Source: Octopus sinensis
Taxonomy: Eukaryota
Assembly (NCBI RefSeq): GCF_006345805.1
Contig: NC_043000.1
Span: 51,894,001 to 51,958,000, forward strand
Direction: 5' to 3'
DNA length: 64,000 nt
In this document: positions 14,073-27,125 of the stretch, piece after piece
Numbering within the stretch: position 1 is the stretch's first letter
How the letters are laid out: every line of letters begins with the position of its first letter
Made by a program: the position numbers and the translations under genes
Notes under the pieces: generated by a model
Database searches by the model: none
What the model was told of the DNA's origin: nothing
What the model saw: the letters and a program-made list of their open reading frames with translations, nothing else

Positions 14073-15400
14073 TATGAGTATGTTAAACTGACTTTTCAGT
14101 TTCACAGCTAAATATGATAAAAATGACCAAATGACTGTGAAATCATGTGTCAACTGAAACTGAATTTATCAATAATAACAATAATTTGGATTGTATTTTG
14201 TGGATAAAGATGAAAAAAAAAGAAAAAATCCCTAAAACTTTTGATATGTTGCTGGCTGTTTTTTTTCCCATTTGTATTGTATAATAAATTTATTTAGCTT
14301 TTCATACTTTTCTCCTTTAACTCTTCCACTTCCACAATATCATTTGGTAAATTCTCATATGTTTCATGTATAGGGTGACCGACTAAGCTGACAAAGATTT
14401 CCGCTTATAAATCTACAATATCTAGTAGCAAATATTGCACCTAATAAAAGTAAGTAAATATGTTTAAGCAAATGAAGCACCAATTGCGTAACAGGGTCAA
14501 TCTTATCAACAGGCCCCCTCCTCCAAAATTATTATCTACCAATATCATTACTATCTCTACTAAGGAGTTCTAAGGTAATTACTATTATGTTTGGAATCAT
14601 TCTTAATGTTACAATTCATTAATATGGTTTTCTCACTCAGATTAAATATTCTGAAATTTTTATGGTGTTACATATGCTAGTTTCAGGAAGTAAAAAGACC
14701 ACATCATGATTCCTGATTGCTACCATTTCCCTTCACGTTTGGTGGAAATGGTCTTAGGGAAGGCACGAATATTACAAATATTATTTCTGTTTTACTATTT
14801 AATCTGCTATCTTTTGAAGTCAAAATTCACCATTTCAGTTTTGTTACAATAGATTATTTTGCACCTACAAAGATAAGAATTGTTACATGAACATTATTTG
14901 TTAAACACTGAGAAAACAGCTGATTTACACCCTTTCAAAATTAAAATTCATTGCCTAGTATCAGTGATCTATTGAATTTTAAGTTTTCAGGAATGTGCAG
15001 CCAAGAAACATGAAGTCTTCAAGGGTATATATTTTGCACAAAATATTTCCATGGAGATGGTTGTCTCAGGTTCCTCAGGTTAGCTTCTAGCCTGCTAGGG
15101 CACACACAATACAATCCTGTCTAATAAATATAATGTTAACATCCACTATTATACTGTAAAAATAACTTGTTGATAACATATTGCAAACAGTAAACACATA
15201 TTTACAAATTGTATCAGTTGCAAAGAAATGGAGCTAAAATATATTGTAATATAATGCAACCTAGATAAAACAATATATTGACAGCCACTTCATAATTTAT
15301 AATTAGTCACATATTTCAATAGTTCAGTGTGTAAGACTGCTGCAAAAACTATTGCAAGTGAAATACAAGGATAAATTGAATTGTGTGACTATGTGCAGCA
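5887..15400 (+). other. Putative long 3' UTR / 3' part of the transcription unit
   Basis: Follows the stop codon. It is A/U-tract rich, nearly free of recognisable SINEs up to ~12.6 kb, CpG-poor, and carries many AATAAA. The true end cannot be fixed from sequence. Confidence 0.35.
9280..10020. repeat. Compound (TA/CA) microsatellite grading into ~30-bp minisatellite units
   Basis: Units such as atatagacacatatatacatatatatatac repeat at ~9730-9900. Confidence 0.9.
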
Positions 15401-16677
15401 ATTAGAGTTTAGCACATCCGATATTACGATTAGCATTTGCAGGATTAGCTTTCAAATGGAAAGTAAATAGACACAAAAGTAATATACACAAATATATACA
15501 CAAAAGAGTAGAAAAACTTATATAGCCATGTACGTATAGGTGAGTATAATGTGCATGTACACACACAAATACATATACATATATGTATAAACATGTACAC
15601 ACATATACGTAAATATATGTGTACATACACATACATATCTATGCATATCTACATATGCTTCAGTGCACTTATGTACATGTATACATACACATATGCAGAA
15701 ACATACATACGATTATATATGCGTACAGATATATATACATATATATATATATATACACACATACACACATGCATAAATATGTAGATATACATGTCGATAC
15801 ATCTACACATATATATCTCTGCATATATGCATAAAAAATTATGCATATGTACACACACACACACAGATACACACATATATATATAATTATAATTAAGGGC
15901 ATAGAAAATAGGTCTATATTTTTATATGCTGCAAATGATAAAATTTTTAACAATTTTATCCTTTTATATTATATCATACACACACACACACACACACATA
16001 TATATACACATGTGGATATATATTTTTACATATCTATACAATCATGTTTATGCCTATGAAATTCCAATTATATACATATATATTTATTTACACACACACA
16101 CACGCACATATTATATATACCTAATGTTAGTCTCACGAGGCCGAGAAAAACAGTTTTGCAATATCTGGTTGAAACACCTGCGCACAGCTTATTTATAGTG
16201 ATAAAATCTTTGCGCTGCACATAGGCTCACTCCCTGCATCAAATCAACCTTATTTGTTTAGGTAATCTGTAGGACACGCGTCAGAAGAGGAAGTGACCGC
16301 AGAGCAACGTAAGAAGGATTGTTTCGTACAAGAATACAGCTCATTGCCTATTCTGAGGCGACGAACTCAGTATCTCCCTTTCATAAGCGCAACACACTAA
16401 CCACAAGGAGACAGCCGTATGCACACATAAAAACATGTATGCATACAAACACACACACACATATGCGTACAGCAATATATTTGTGTATAGTTTACTGTTC
16501 CTTTAAGGTTGATCAGCTAAAAATGTACTCCATCATAAAGAAAAATACTATGTAATGTAGACAGTCTTAAAACGTGAACTACAAATAGTTTCATGATTGA
16601 AGATGCGGGTCTAGGTAGGTTTTTATAATATGCTTGAAGATTGCTTGGAGACGAGGTGTGGTATAGTAACCTACCTA

Positions 16678-16893
16678 GGTGGCGAGCTGGCAGAAACATT
16701 AGCTCGCTGGGTGAAATGTTTAGCATTATCTCGTCTGTCTTTATGCTCTGAGTTCAAATTTCGCTGAGGTCGACTTTGCTTTTCATTCTTTCAGGGTCGA
16801 TAAATGAAGCACCAGTTGCGTAACAGGGTCAATCTTATCGACATGCCCCCTCCTCCAAAATTTCGGGCCTTGTGCTAAGAGTAGAAAAGATTA
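16678..16893 (+). mobile_element. tRNA-derived SINE, family B (head ggcgagctggcagaa), tail type B1
   Basis: Box A/B-like head (GAGTTCAAATT), core gaggtcgactttgc.tttcat.ctt..gggtcgataaa, tail ccccctcc.ccaaaatttcgggccttgtg. The same element recurs about 15 times in the window. Confidence 0.85.
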
Positions 16894-16917
16894 TATATGT
16901 GGCATTATATGTATGTA

Positions 16918-16955
<38 letters not shown>

Positions 16956-17141
16956 GGAATATGATTCCAAACTTACAGGGAAAAATTCAATTTAGTGTTA
17001 CTAAATCAAATTTCGCAACATATAATATATGCATTTAAATTAGAGAAGAACCACCATGTAGCAATTCAACATTGATATAATTAAATCATACCATATAGAA
17101 AAAAATTAAATATACGATGAAACATATACCTATGATGAAGT

Positions 17142-17356
17142 TAAGTACAAAATAATAAATAAATAGTATATAATTAGTAAAAAGACTACACGTGTTTCGT
17201 GGCTATGTTTTCAAAATATAGCCACGAAACACGTGTAGTCTTTACCAATTATATACTATTTATTTATTATTTTGTACTTATACATATGGGGGGAAATAAG
17301 AAAAATCAGCGAAAATGCACATTAATGTGCATTTTCGTTGATTTTTCTTATTTTCC
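17142..17356. repeat. Two adjacent palindromes (17142-17280 and 17291-17356), PLE-terminus related
   Basis: The first has ~63-bp arms with an 11-nt loop and carries GAAACACGTGTAG on both strands. The second is a 66-bp loopless near-perfect palindrome centred on cacattaatgtg. Confidence 0.9.
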
Positions 17357-17474
17357 GCTCACATTTCTACGTGTATTTTATATTTTCTTTTTGTAACATA
17401 TTTCTACTATATATATATAATGTATATGTTTATATCTATATGTATATACATGTATGTATATGTATATATATATA

Positions 17475-17578
17475 TGGTTTCGGTTCAGTCCCACGCGGTG
17501 GGACCTTGGCCAAGTGTCGGCCTCGGGCCGACTAAAACCTTGTGAGTGGATTTGGTAGACGGAAACGGAAAGATGCCC

Positions 17579-17644
<66 letters not shown>

Positions 17645-17840
17645 CATGTATGTGTGTATGTTTATGTGTCTGTGTTTGTCCTCCAACATCGCTTGACAAC
17701 CGATGCTGCTGTGTTTACGACTCCATGACATCGCAGTTCGGCAAAAGAGTCGATAGAATAAGTACTTTGCTTACAAAGAATAAGCCTTGGGTTCAATTTG
17801 CTTGGCTAAAGTGGGTCTTCCAGCATGGCCACAGTCAAAC
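17475..17840 (+). mobile_element. SINE family A, 5'-truncated
   Basis: Shares body, internal (TA)n and ..ccagcatggccacagtc tail with the full copies at 20134, 30959 and 52323. Confidence 0.85.
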
Positions 17841-18289
17841 ATATATATATATATATATATATCCCTGTATACATATGTAGTGTATGCAAATATGTATAAA
17901 TATATACAATGATACACTGTATATACATATTGAATACATTTAAATGGCTATATACTGTATGTATGCAAACCTGCGTTGAGACATTTGTATACATAATTCA
18001 CGTTTGTATGTATTGTATGCAGATTTGTGTATGTGATTTTGTCCATATTTTATGATTTAACGTGCTAGTATTCACCATCATCTTCATCGATACACAGGAT
18101 GCGTTGCGTGTTATTGATCTTCTATGAAAATATATTCCCAATGCGGGATAATGCTACTTGCTTGGAACGAGGTAAGAAATAGCAATAGAAACACCATTTG
18201 AGAAAATATGCTTCAATAATTTACTGTTGACCCACGAAGCAGGTTTTTGATCATAAGAGTACATACATGCATGCATACATACATACATA

Positions 18290-18560
<271 letters not shown>

Positions 18561-20133
18561 ATATATGCATAAAAATGTATACATAAAAAATATACACATC
18601 CGCACGCACACACAAATATATATTTGTTTTATAGTTGCAGATATGTATTAACGTATATATAAACGTATGTTTATATATGTAAAAATGTATACATAGAAAT
18701 ATGAAATATATATATGTATGTATGTATGTATATGAAATAACTAGGTTTTTCACACTTGAAACTCATTAATAATTTTCAATCTATTCAAAGTATTTAAACC
18801 CCCATTACCAGATTTTTGTGATTTGTTTTGAAGTAGGTTGCAAGTAACTATTTGCATGCATATATTCATGCTTATGCACATACATACCTCACAAACACAT
18901 ACATACGCATATACACGCACGCACATACACTCACGTATGCACATATATATGTTCCTATCTAAATATATAAACGTGTATACACATACATTTATATACGCGT
19001 ATGCAATATATTATGGATTGATAAAATCATGTGGCTGTCACAGAAAAGTCCTCTCGTCTATCCGGCTATCATTCCTCATTGTAATCCAACACGGAAGAGT
19101 ATAATGCAGATGTAATGCAGAAGATTCAATCGATGAAAATATTTCACGGAGAGTAAATAAACCGTACAAAGATATCAAGAGATATGCGAGGTGAATATAT
19201 TTATTTAGCCACTTATTCTTAGGATTACTGCCGTTTCGCAGCCGTCATCAATGTAACTTTAGCTTTCATGTATGATAAATTATTTTAAATGTCTACACTA
19301 ACAAGCGTGCTAGGCACTGCACAATACAATGACATATTTACAAATGAACGAAGATAAAGGCTAGCTCATCAGATCACCTGAACATCATGTTTATGTTAGT
19401 GCTTCAATCTGTATATTCATACACACAGACATACACATCAATGTAGCAAGATCCCGTTGATCGTGCTAAAACAGCTAGTTAGCTTCTAGCATATACACGG
19501 CTAGTACAGAAAGTTCAAAGGAAACGATTTCCTATCATTAAAAATTTATTAATATATCGAATACGCATTGTCTCATATCAAAATTAAAGGTAATCCTGAT
19601 ATAATGACATGCTACTCAGAATGCAATTATCAGAAATGCAAAGGAATATCTAGTAGTTCTTCGATAATTGCGACAAACAGTTTAAAGAAACTGGTATTTC
19701 TTGGAAAATACATTGCAACAAACGATTTCATAAGCGGCAGTCATCATATGATGTAAAGGTATGACATCGTTATGAAATTGTTTTGACAATTCATAATTTC
19801 GTGTAACTGCTTTTTCATTCCTTTAACACATACACACGTTTCATTACATACACAACCACGACGAAATTTTATCCTGTATCAGAAGTGCTTATAATTTCTG
19901 ATTAGCTTTTTATGCTAATTGTTTCATACAGCAGAGTTCGTAACACAAGGTCCTACACAATTGTGAAGATCTAGATACGTGGGACACAAATTTAGGAACT
20001 CTGTTGTTCCAAACCAATTGTTAAAAACCAATAGGAAAATATTTAAAAACTAAGCTAATATATAAAAGATAATCATGAATAAAGTCGTGCATTTAATGAA
20101 ACAAATATAAAAGAAACGTTGTTCTTCATATGT

Positions 20134-20294
20134 AGGCGCAGGAGTGGCTGTGTGGTAAGTAGCTTGCTTACCAACCACATGGTTCTGGGTTCAGTCCAAC
20201 TGCGTGGCACCTTGAGCAAGTGTCTTCTACTATAGCCTCGGGCCGACCAAAGCGTTGTGAGTGGATTTGGTTGACGGAAACTGAAAGAAGCCTG

Positions 20295-20338
<44 letters not shown>

Positions 20339-20540
20339 GTGTGTATATGTTTGTGTGTCTGTGTTTGTCCTCCCAACATCGCTTGACAACCGATGCTGGT
20401 GTGTTTACGTCCCCGTAACTTAGTGGCTCGGCAAAAGAGACCGGTAGAATAAGTACTAGGCTTACAAAGAATAAGTCCTGGGGTCGATTTGCTCGACTCA
20501 AGGCGGTGCTCCAGTCAAATGACTGAAACAAGTAAAAGAG
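20134..20540 (+). mobile_element. Full-length tRNA-derived SINE family A (head aggcgcaggagtggctgtgtggtaag)
   Basis: Box A TGGCTGTGTGG and box B GGTTCAGTCC, internal (TA)n, tail gactgaaacaagtaaaagag. Consistent with described octopus tRNA-derived SINEs; subfamily name not assigned. Confidence 0.9.
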
Positions 20541-20726
20541 GGAGAGTATATACGTGCAAAGAGATACAGGAATATATTTATTTATCTATTTATAATAAAA
20601 GGGTAAAATGAATTTTTAAATCCTATTTCTAAATTCGGTATGTGGTGATGCAATTAGCTGATCCCTAATTATATTTATGTTTATAATTATAGAATATTTG
20701 TTATTTATCTATTTATTTATATATAT

Positions 20727-20962
20727 GGAGGCGCAATGGCCCAGTGGTTAGGGCAGCGGACTTGCGGTCGGAGGATCGCGGTTTCGATTCCCAGACCGGG
20801 CGTTGTGTGTGTTTATTGAGCGAAAACACCTAAAAGCTCCACGAGGCTCCGGCAGGGGATGGTGGTGATCCCTGCTGTACTCTTTCACCACTCTAAAGGC
20901 GGTGCTCCAGCATGGCCACAGTCAAATGACTGAAACAAGTACAAAAAAAAAAAAAAAAAAAA
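20727..20962 (+). mobile_element. Chimeric SINE: family C tRNA-like head, family A tail and poly(A)
   Basis: Head ggaggcgcaatggcccagtggttagggcagcggac..ggtttcgattccc. From ~20895 the sequence is the family A tail, followed by a ~20-nt A run. Confidence 0.75.
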
Positions 20963-21210
20963 TATGCAGCAGATATATATAAACACAAACTTTTACATAC
21001 ACATGAACGCAGATATATGAACATGTATAGATACACACACACACACATACACACACACACACACACATTATATATATATATGAGTATATTTTTACCGTGT
21101 TAACAATTTACACGGAAAAAAAAAAATAAATAGTTACCAGGGCAGCAAAACATGTGTCGAAAGTAAAAATATTTGATTACACCTGCGTTAAACTTCATTT
21201 ATTTATTTAT

Positions 21211-21246
<36 letters not shown>

Positions 21247-22153
21247 ATATATATAATATATATAAACATGCATACATAGATAGATAGATAGATACATACA
21301 TACATACATACATACAATTTGTTGTTCTGTTATTGGATGGACCATGATAAAAAAGTATTTAAATTCGAGCTACTATTAGTTTCATGCTGTGAAAATACAA
21401 TAAACTTATATCTCAAGCATTGTGTTGCCAAGCAATCTTTCAGACTCAAATATTCAATATAACTGCTCGTTTTGGAAAAAAAAAGTAAAAGGACGCAGGT
21501 CTTTGAAAAATGCATGCATGCATATGTATAAATACATACTTACATAAAAATACACACACATACATACACGGTGCGCACATCAAATGAAGACATACGTGTG
21601 TGTGTGTGTGTGTATACATGTGTGTGCATGTACTTAGGTATGTATACACATACATTCATGAAATATATATAGTTTCGTTTAAAAGTGTAATATTTCATAG
21701 TTGCCATGCGATGTAACAATCCCTTGTGGCCGGATATGTTTTTACAAAATAGTGGTAATGAAAGGGTCCTTGTATAAGGCGACATATGGACCCAATATAT
21801 ATATATTATCTGAAATGTACAGTATTATATATTTATCACGGTTGATCTCACTAATCGGTTTCGCACTAGAAATACAACGGAGTGTTAGTTAACAATCCGA
21901 TTATATTACCTTACACTCATCAGAGTTTGCTGATATGGAAATGAATGTGACGACTGCCACACACACATTAATGTATGTATATATGTATGTGTGCATTTGA
22001 TGGTCTATAAATTAACAGACCCACTTGCTAGGCTTTTTTATGTTATATAGATGGATTGTTTCGAGCTGTGCGACTGAACCCAAAAAAATGTGAGTAAGAA
22101 GGGAGAGGCATGCTCGCGTCTGCACACGTATATCTTGTGTGTATGTACACACA

Positions 22154-22220
<67 letters not shown>

Positions 22221-22655
22221 ATGCACTTCAAGTTTCTCAGGTCCCTTACGGAAGCCCTGCGAATTTTGAAGTAGCACGGAACCGAATCAAACTGTTTTAA
22301 ATAATGTGTGGTTGGTGGGTTGGGGTTGCTTGGGTGGGAGTGGGGATCTATGTATGTATTAACATAAACATATATGTTTATATATGTAAATGTATATACC
22401 GCGTACATATAAATACACATGTGTGCGTATGTATACTTGTATATGCATTTCGCTTTATATGCATATTTGTATGTATATACACTTACATAGAACATTAAAC
22501 TTCCCGTCATTCCTTGTTAGGTTTTAATGTCATGTTAGAACTTCTTGAATGAATTGAAATGAATCACTATACTTTCTTAAGTTATAACAATTTGGTGATT
22601 ATAATTTTTGGTATTGTTTGAACCAGATATTCTAAAGGATGAATGTGTAATGTAT

Positions 22656-22702
<47 letters not shown>

Positions 22703-22843
22703 CACACACAAATACATGCACATATATATTCACACACAAAGTTACGCATTTATGTTCTCACATACTCGTATGTAAATAGATGTTTTATTAAGTATACATC
22801 TGTATGTTTCTATATTTAGATAAGGGCACAGATGTATACATGG

Positions 22844-22886
<43 letters not shown>

Positions 22887-23642
22887 TATTGATTCATTTG
22901 TAAACACACACATACACACATATTTACATACATGCATACTCACACACGTGTATATATGTGCACATATATTACCATACATAGATACATACATATATACACA
23001 GGGTTTATATGTAAGCGGGCGGAAGAAAGACTTGAAATAAATCAAATATCCCATAATTCTGTAAAGGGTTAAAATGAATGTTTGTCTACTAAGTATGAGA
23101 AGTACTTTGAAATCCTTGAACTTCAAATTTATCATATAGCAAATTTTCCTGATTAAAACCTGACCAACTTCAACAAACATGCAAAAAATTACATACATAC
23201 ATGTAAATAATAATGATAATAATAATAAAACAACTGTTGGATATATATTTTGTACAATTTGCAATGGTGGCAATTTATGTACGTTAAAAAAAATATCAGT
23301 CATAAATGATAAAATAACAAACAAAAATAAAACAGCTTTAAGACTTTATACATCCAACAATACACAACATATATAAAACAATGTTGATGATGTAGAATGG
23401 GGATGCAAGTTAAATGAGCATTAAACGGCACTTTTTGCGGAGTGCTTGAACTTTCTGTGAAGTTTGAGAATGAATGAAATCACATATTTTTCCTTCTTAA
23501 TTACAGTAGCCTATCAACTGTCCAGGCTCGCCCCATTTTTTTTGTTTTGACATGCCAACTTTGGATACAATACTGTTGAATTAAAAAAAAATCTGATTAA
23601 AAAAATTACTTTCAGTAGTGTACTTGACTTCAATTAATTCAT

Positions 23643-23673
<31 letters not shown>

Positions 23674-23983
23674 AAATATATGTATATATATATATTCATA
23701 TATGTAGATATATCTTTTTATTAGTTGTCAGAGATAAATTTACAAAATCTCTGCCTGAAGAAATATAAAATTCTAAAAATTATATTTTCCATTTGACATA
23801 AAAAAAACCCCAAAAACAGTAAATTTCTAGAAAGATAATTTCAAACTTATTTGGAAATAAATTTATTTGGAATAAATTAAGCATTACTAAAACAGAATAT
23901 GCAAAATCCCAAACACTTAATATTATAATGTTAAATCTTCTGGCATACCCTAGGTAATTTTCTCCCACTATATTCCTGAGAGA

Positions 23984-24023
<40 letters not shown>

Positions 24024-24522
24024 GCTGCTCAAATAGTAGTGATTGTCCTTGAAATGTTGCGATTCAGCAAATGACGTTTTGCACTTGTAGTTTCCTCGGT
24101 TCTCACTTCAGCATCTAGTATCCGCTCAATTTGTCAGTGTAATTCACACTACTAAATAATATTCTATTTTCAAACAAATCGTCACGTACCTGAGAGATTC
24201 CGCTCTTCTTTCTTAAACGTTAGCAGAATGTTAACTCCAAAGACGTTTCAAATGGCTGAAGAATCGAAAGTATTGTATTGTTTATGTTTGTCGAAATTGT
24301 AGTAGGAAAAAAAATCTAACAGAACGACTAATTTTTTGGTTTCTTAACTTTCTAGTCATTACACATGCTGTCACATTTTGGAATACATACACCCAACAAA
24401 TAATCTTCTAATAATCTCCTTCAGTTAATTCTGGTAGCAGCAGGGGGCATATTTTTGTTGTACATGCTTTTTCCGAACAAGAATTATCGAGAAACTTCGA
24501 AAAGTATGCCCACCATGTACTG

Positions 24523-24968
24523 CAGCTCGTCGTCGACTTACGACCTATCCGATTTACGACCATCGGTGCACTAGCTCCCGGCAACAATAAATAATCCAGT
24601 TGAAATCTAATGGGTTTAATTTCTTAGATATCAACCCGTCTACGGGTGATGTCACCTAACAAACGCTTCCTCTAGGTTTGGTTATCGATCACCACTGTGG
24701 TTATCCTAAGTGTTTCATGAATATTCTGTCGCGGAGACATCGAGGCAATCTGGTATTTGTTTATAAGACTGCTTGAGACTGCGAAATTTTTGACTAACGC
24801 CAGTATAAAGGTATAATACAGAATGCTGTTTGACTTTTACCTGAGAATGTACCTTAAGAATGTAAAAATATAAAACAAAGCTATGTAGACCTATAGGCTG
24901 ACTTACGACCAAATCGACTTACGACCAGTCAGTCGGAACGAATTGTGGTCGCAAGTCGACGACCGGTA
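24523..24968. mobile_element. Non-autonomous pogo/Tigger-like MITE
   Basis: TIR gtcgtcgacttacgacc at left and ggtcgcaagtcgacgac at right, subterminal repeats of a(c/t)ttacgacc, and TA at the right end (24967-8). Confidence 0.65.
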
Positions 24969-26924
24969 TTTTAATTATTCTACTTCATCTAAATGAATGT
25001 ATAAGCGATTGTGGTGCCGTTATATTAGCCAAGCTTGCTTCCTTTACAGGTTATTACGATTCTGCAATCTTTGAGCATATTTGGCTTGTGCGGGCACCGC
25101 CCAAATGTTTGATTGATTTGTTCTCAGTGAAGCGGTTACTGAACTTTGGGATAGGAGAAACTTTTTTCTGATATATGGAATATAACTGCTATTGGAAGAC
25201 GTTGGATTTATCATATTTCCAGATTACAATCTTCGAACCCAAGTATCTACATTTCCCTGTCAATCTACCAACATTACAAGAATATCTCAGTTAAAATTTC
25301 ATAACGAAATTATTTCGTTTGCAAATGGTACACTTTAGAAAAATTTTGCCGTCAGCATAGTTTTAATCTCTTGAAAATGTGATGTATTATGTATGCTCGA
25401 AAATGTGATGTATTATATTGTGCTCGAAAACTCAGCCACGTAATTATCAGAGATATTTTAGCTGAGAAGGGAATATTTAACAGCTGACCCATGTGTATTG
25501 AGCATATATTTCTGATTGTATGAAAGACAATTTTACTTGCCTCCAAATTAAGCCTGTGTTAGAAATCATTGTAATCTTAAGTGTTTTATGTAGAAATCAT
25601 ATCTGAGGCCAAAAAATAAGAAATTGGTTTTTGTAGTGTTCAATATGATTGGTTGAATTGACAAATTCTCTTTTGGTAACACATACTCAAATCATATTCG
25701 CATGAAAATATTTTTCAAATTTAAATAATGTAATTAATCTCTTCATTTCTGAATTCGTTAAGAATAAGTAATGCTTTACGGTAAAATCCGACTAAACATT
25801 CTCTTTAATTTTATAATATTAAGTTTGCAGTCACATCCTCACTAGAAAGGAGATTTTGTACATTTGTTTCTTGAAGAGTTTTGTTCAATGAATGCTTAAA
25901 CATTACACCTGGATGTAAGAGTAAGTATTGCTGTAATGGTTAATTAATTACCGTCTTTTCATTTGATATAAAGCCAATTATTCAATCAGGAGGAATAACA
26001 AAAATGTTAATTAAAGTTGAATAGGATTTGATATGAGAACCATAACAAACTGTAAACCATCTAATAATGATGATTTAGAATCGGACGCTCATTGAGCATT
26101 CACTCTTTTGATCATTGATCAAGTAAGTTACATAACGGTTAAATTAACGAGTGGCTGGCTGAATATTCCACTGTCACTTATAAGCTTAAAGTAATTCTCA
26201 GGACAATTAGTGTCACACACTGTATAACAACGGAGCTGGATTTTTAAATTACAGGCACGCTTCACCAGGCGGGCTTCACAGTGTTTGCCTTTCCAGTATT
26301 TCTCATAATGCTTGAGGCAACTAAAAGCAAGCTAAAAGCGGAAAATATTCAAAATGCTACGCAGTGAAATCGAGATACATGATTGCGAAGCAAACTTAAT
26401 GACTGAGCATATATGCATCCAATGTAAATCACCTCATGGCTTAATACAGAGAGTCCCATATGGTCGTTCAATTTGGTAAAAGTAGCAACCAAATCTTCGA
26501 ATCAAATACCATTACCTTTAGATAACAGACATTTTCACAGTATACTCAGAGATATAATAAAAAAAAAAAGTATGACTGACTGGAACTCATTTGATTATAT
26601 ATCTTACAGAGCAATCACCCTGCGCCTGAACAAGAACAACTATTCATGCTTAACCATGCTTAAATTGAATGTTCCGCATGAAATATATAGCACGCTTTTT
26701 CGTATGTGTATTTCATGTAGATCGTTTTACTTTTATTCATTTTTATGCAAGAATGGAAAATACCTCGATAGCATTCATCCCATTTTAATTGAGTTCACAT
26801 GCCATTAAATATCCTGTTCGTTAACTGAACAGGTCCTGTATGTAACGAGATATGTTTGTAATAAAAATTTCCGCAATATACTTATGCATATAGCTTAATG
26901 TATAATATTGGTTTCAAATATGGG

Positions 26925-27125
26925 CAAAAGGCCAGTAATTTCGGAGGAAAGTGTAAGTCGATTATACCAACCCCAGTGCTCAACTTGTACTTATTTTATT
27001 GATTCCGATAGGGTGAAAGGCAAAGTCGACCTCGGTGGAATATCAGCTCAGAACGTGAAGACGGACAAAATGCCGTTAAACATTTTTGCCCGGCGTGCTA
27101 ACGATTCTGTCAGTTCGTCGCCTTA
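26925..27125 (-). mobile_element. SINE family B
   Basis: Reverse complement of the family B core and head (aaaggcaaagtcgacctcgg..gcccggcgtgctaacgattctg). Confidence 0.85.

Noticed and set aside
18098-18176. Candidate small exon ending in a strong GAG|GTAAGA donor
   Set aside because: The 24-aa frame has no homology cue and I found no partner exon.
19195-19260. Minus-strand TTGATGA..CGAAAC..GTA hammerhead-like string
   Set aside because: C3 is changed, and stems I and II do not pair convincingly.
20727-20800. tRNA-like cloverleaf heads (also 20134, 16678)
   Set aside because: They continue into SINE bodies and lack a proper acceptor stem, so they are not tRNA genes.
24254-24280. CTGAAGA-atc-GAAAG hammerhead-like core (similar strings at 7460 and 38428)
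   Set aside because: There is no stem II or stem III, so these are expected chance matches.
25372-25430. Short tandem duplications (also 13478, 41693, 46262, 59467)
   Set aside because: These are two-copy slippage events with no spacer-repeat array structure; they are not CRISPR-like.
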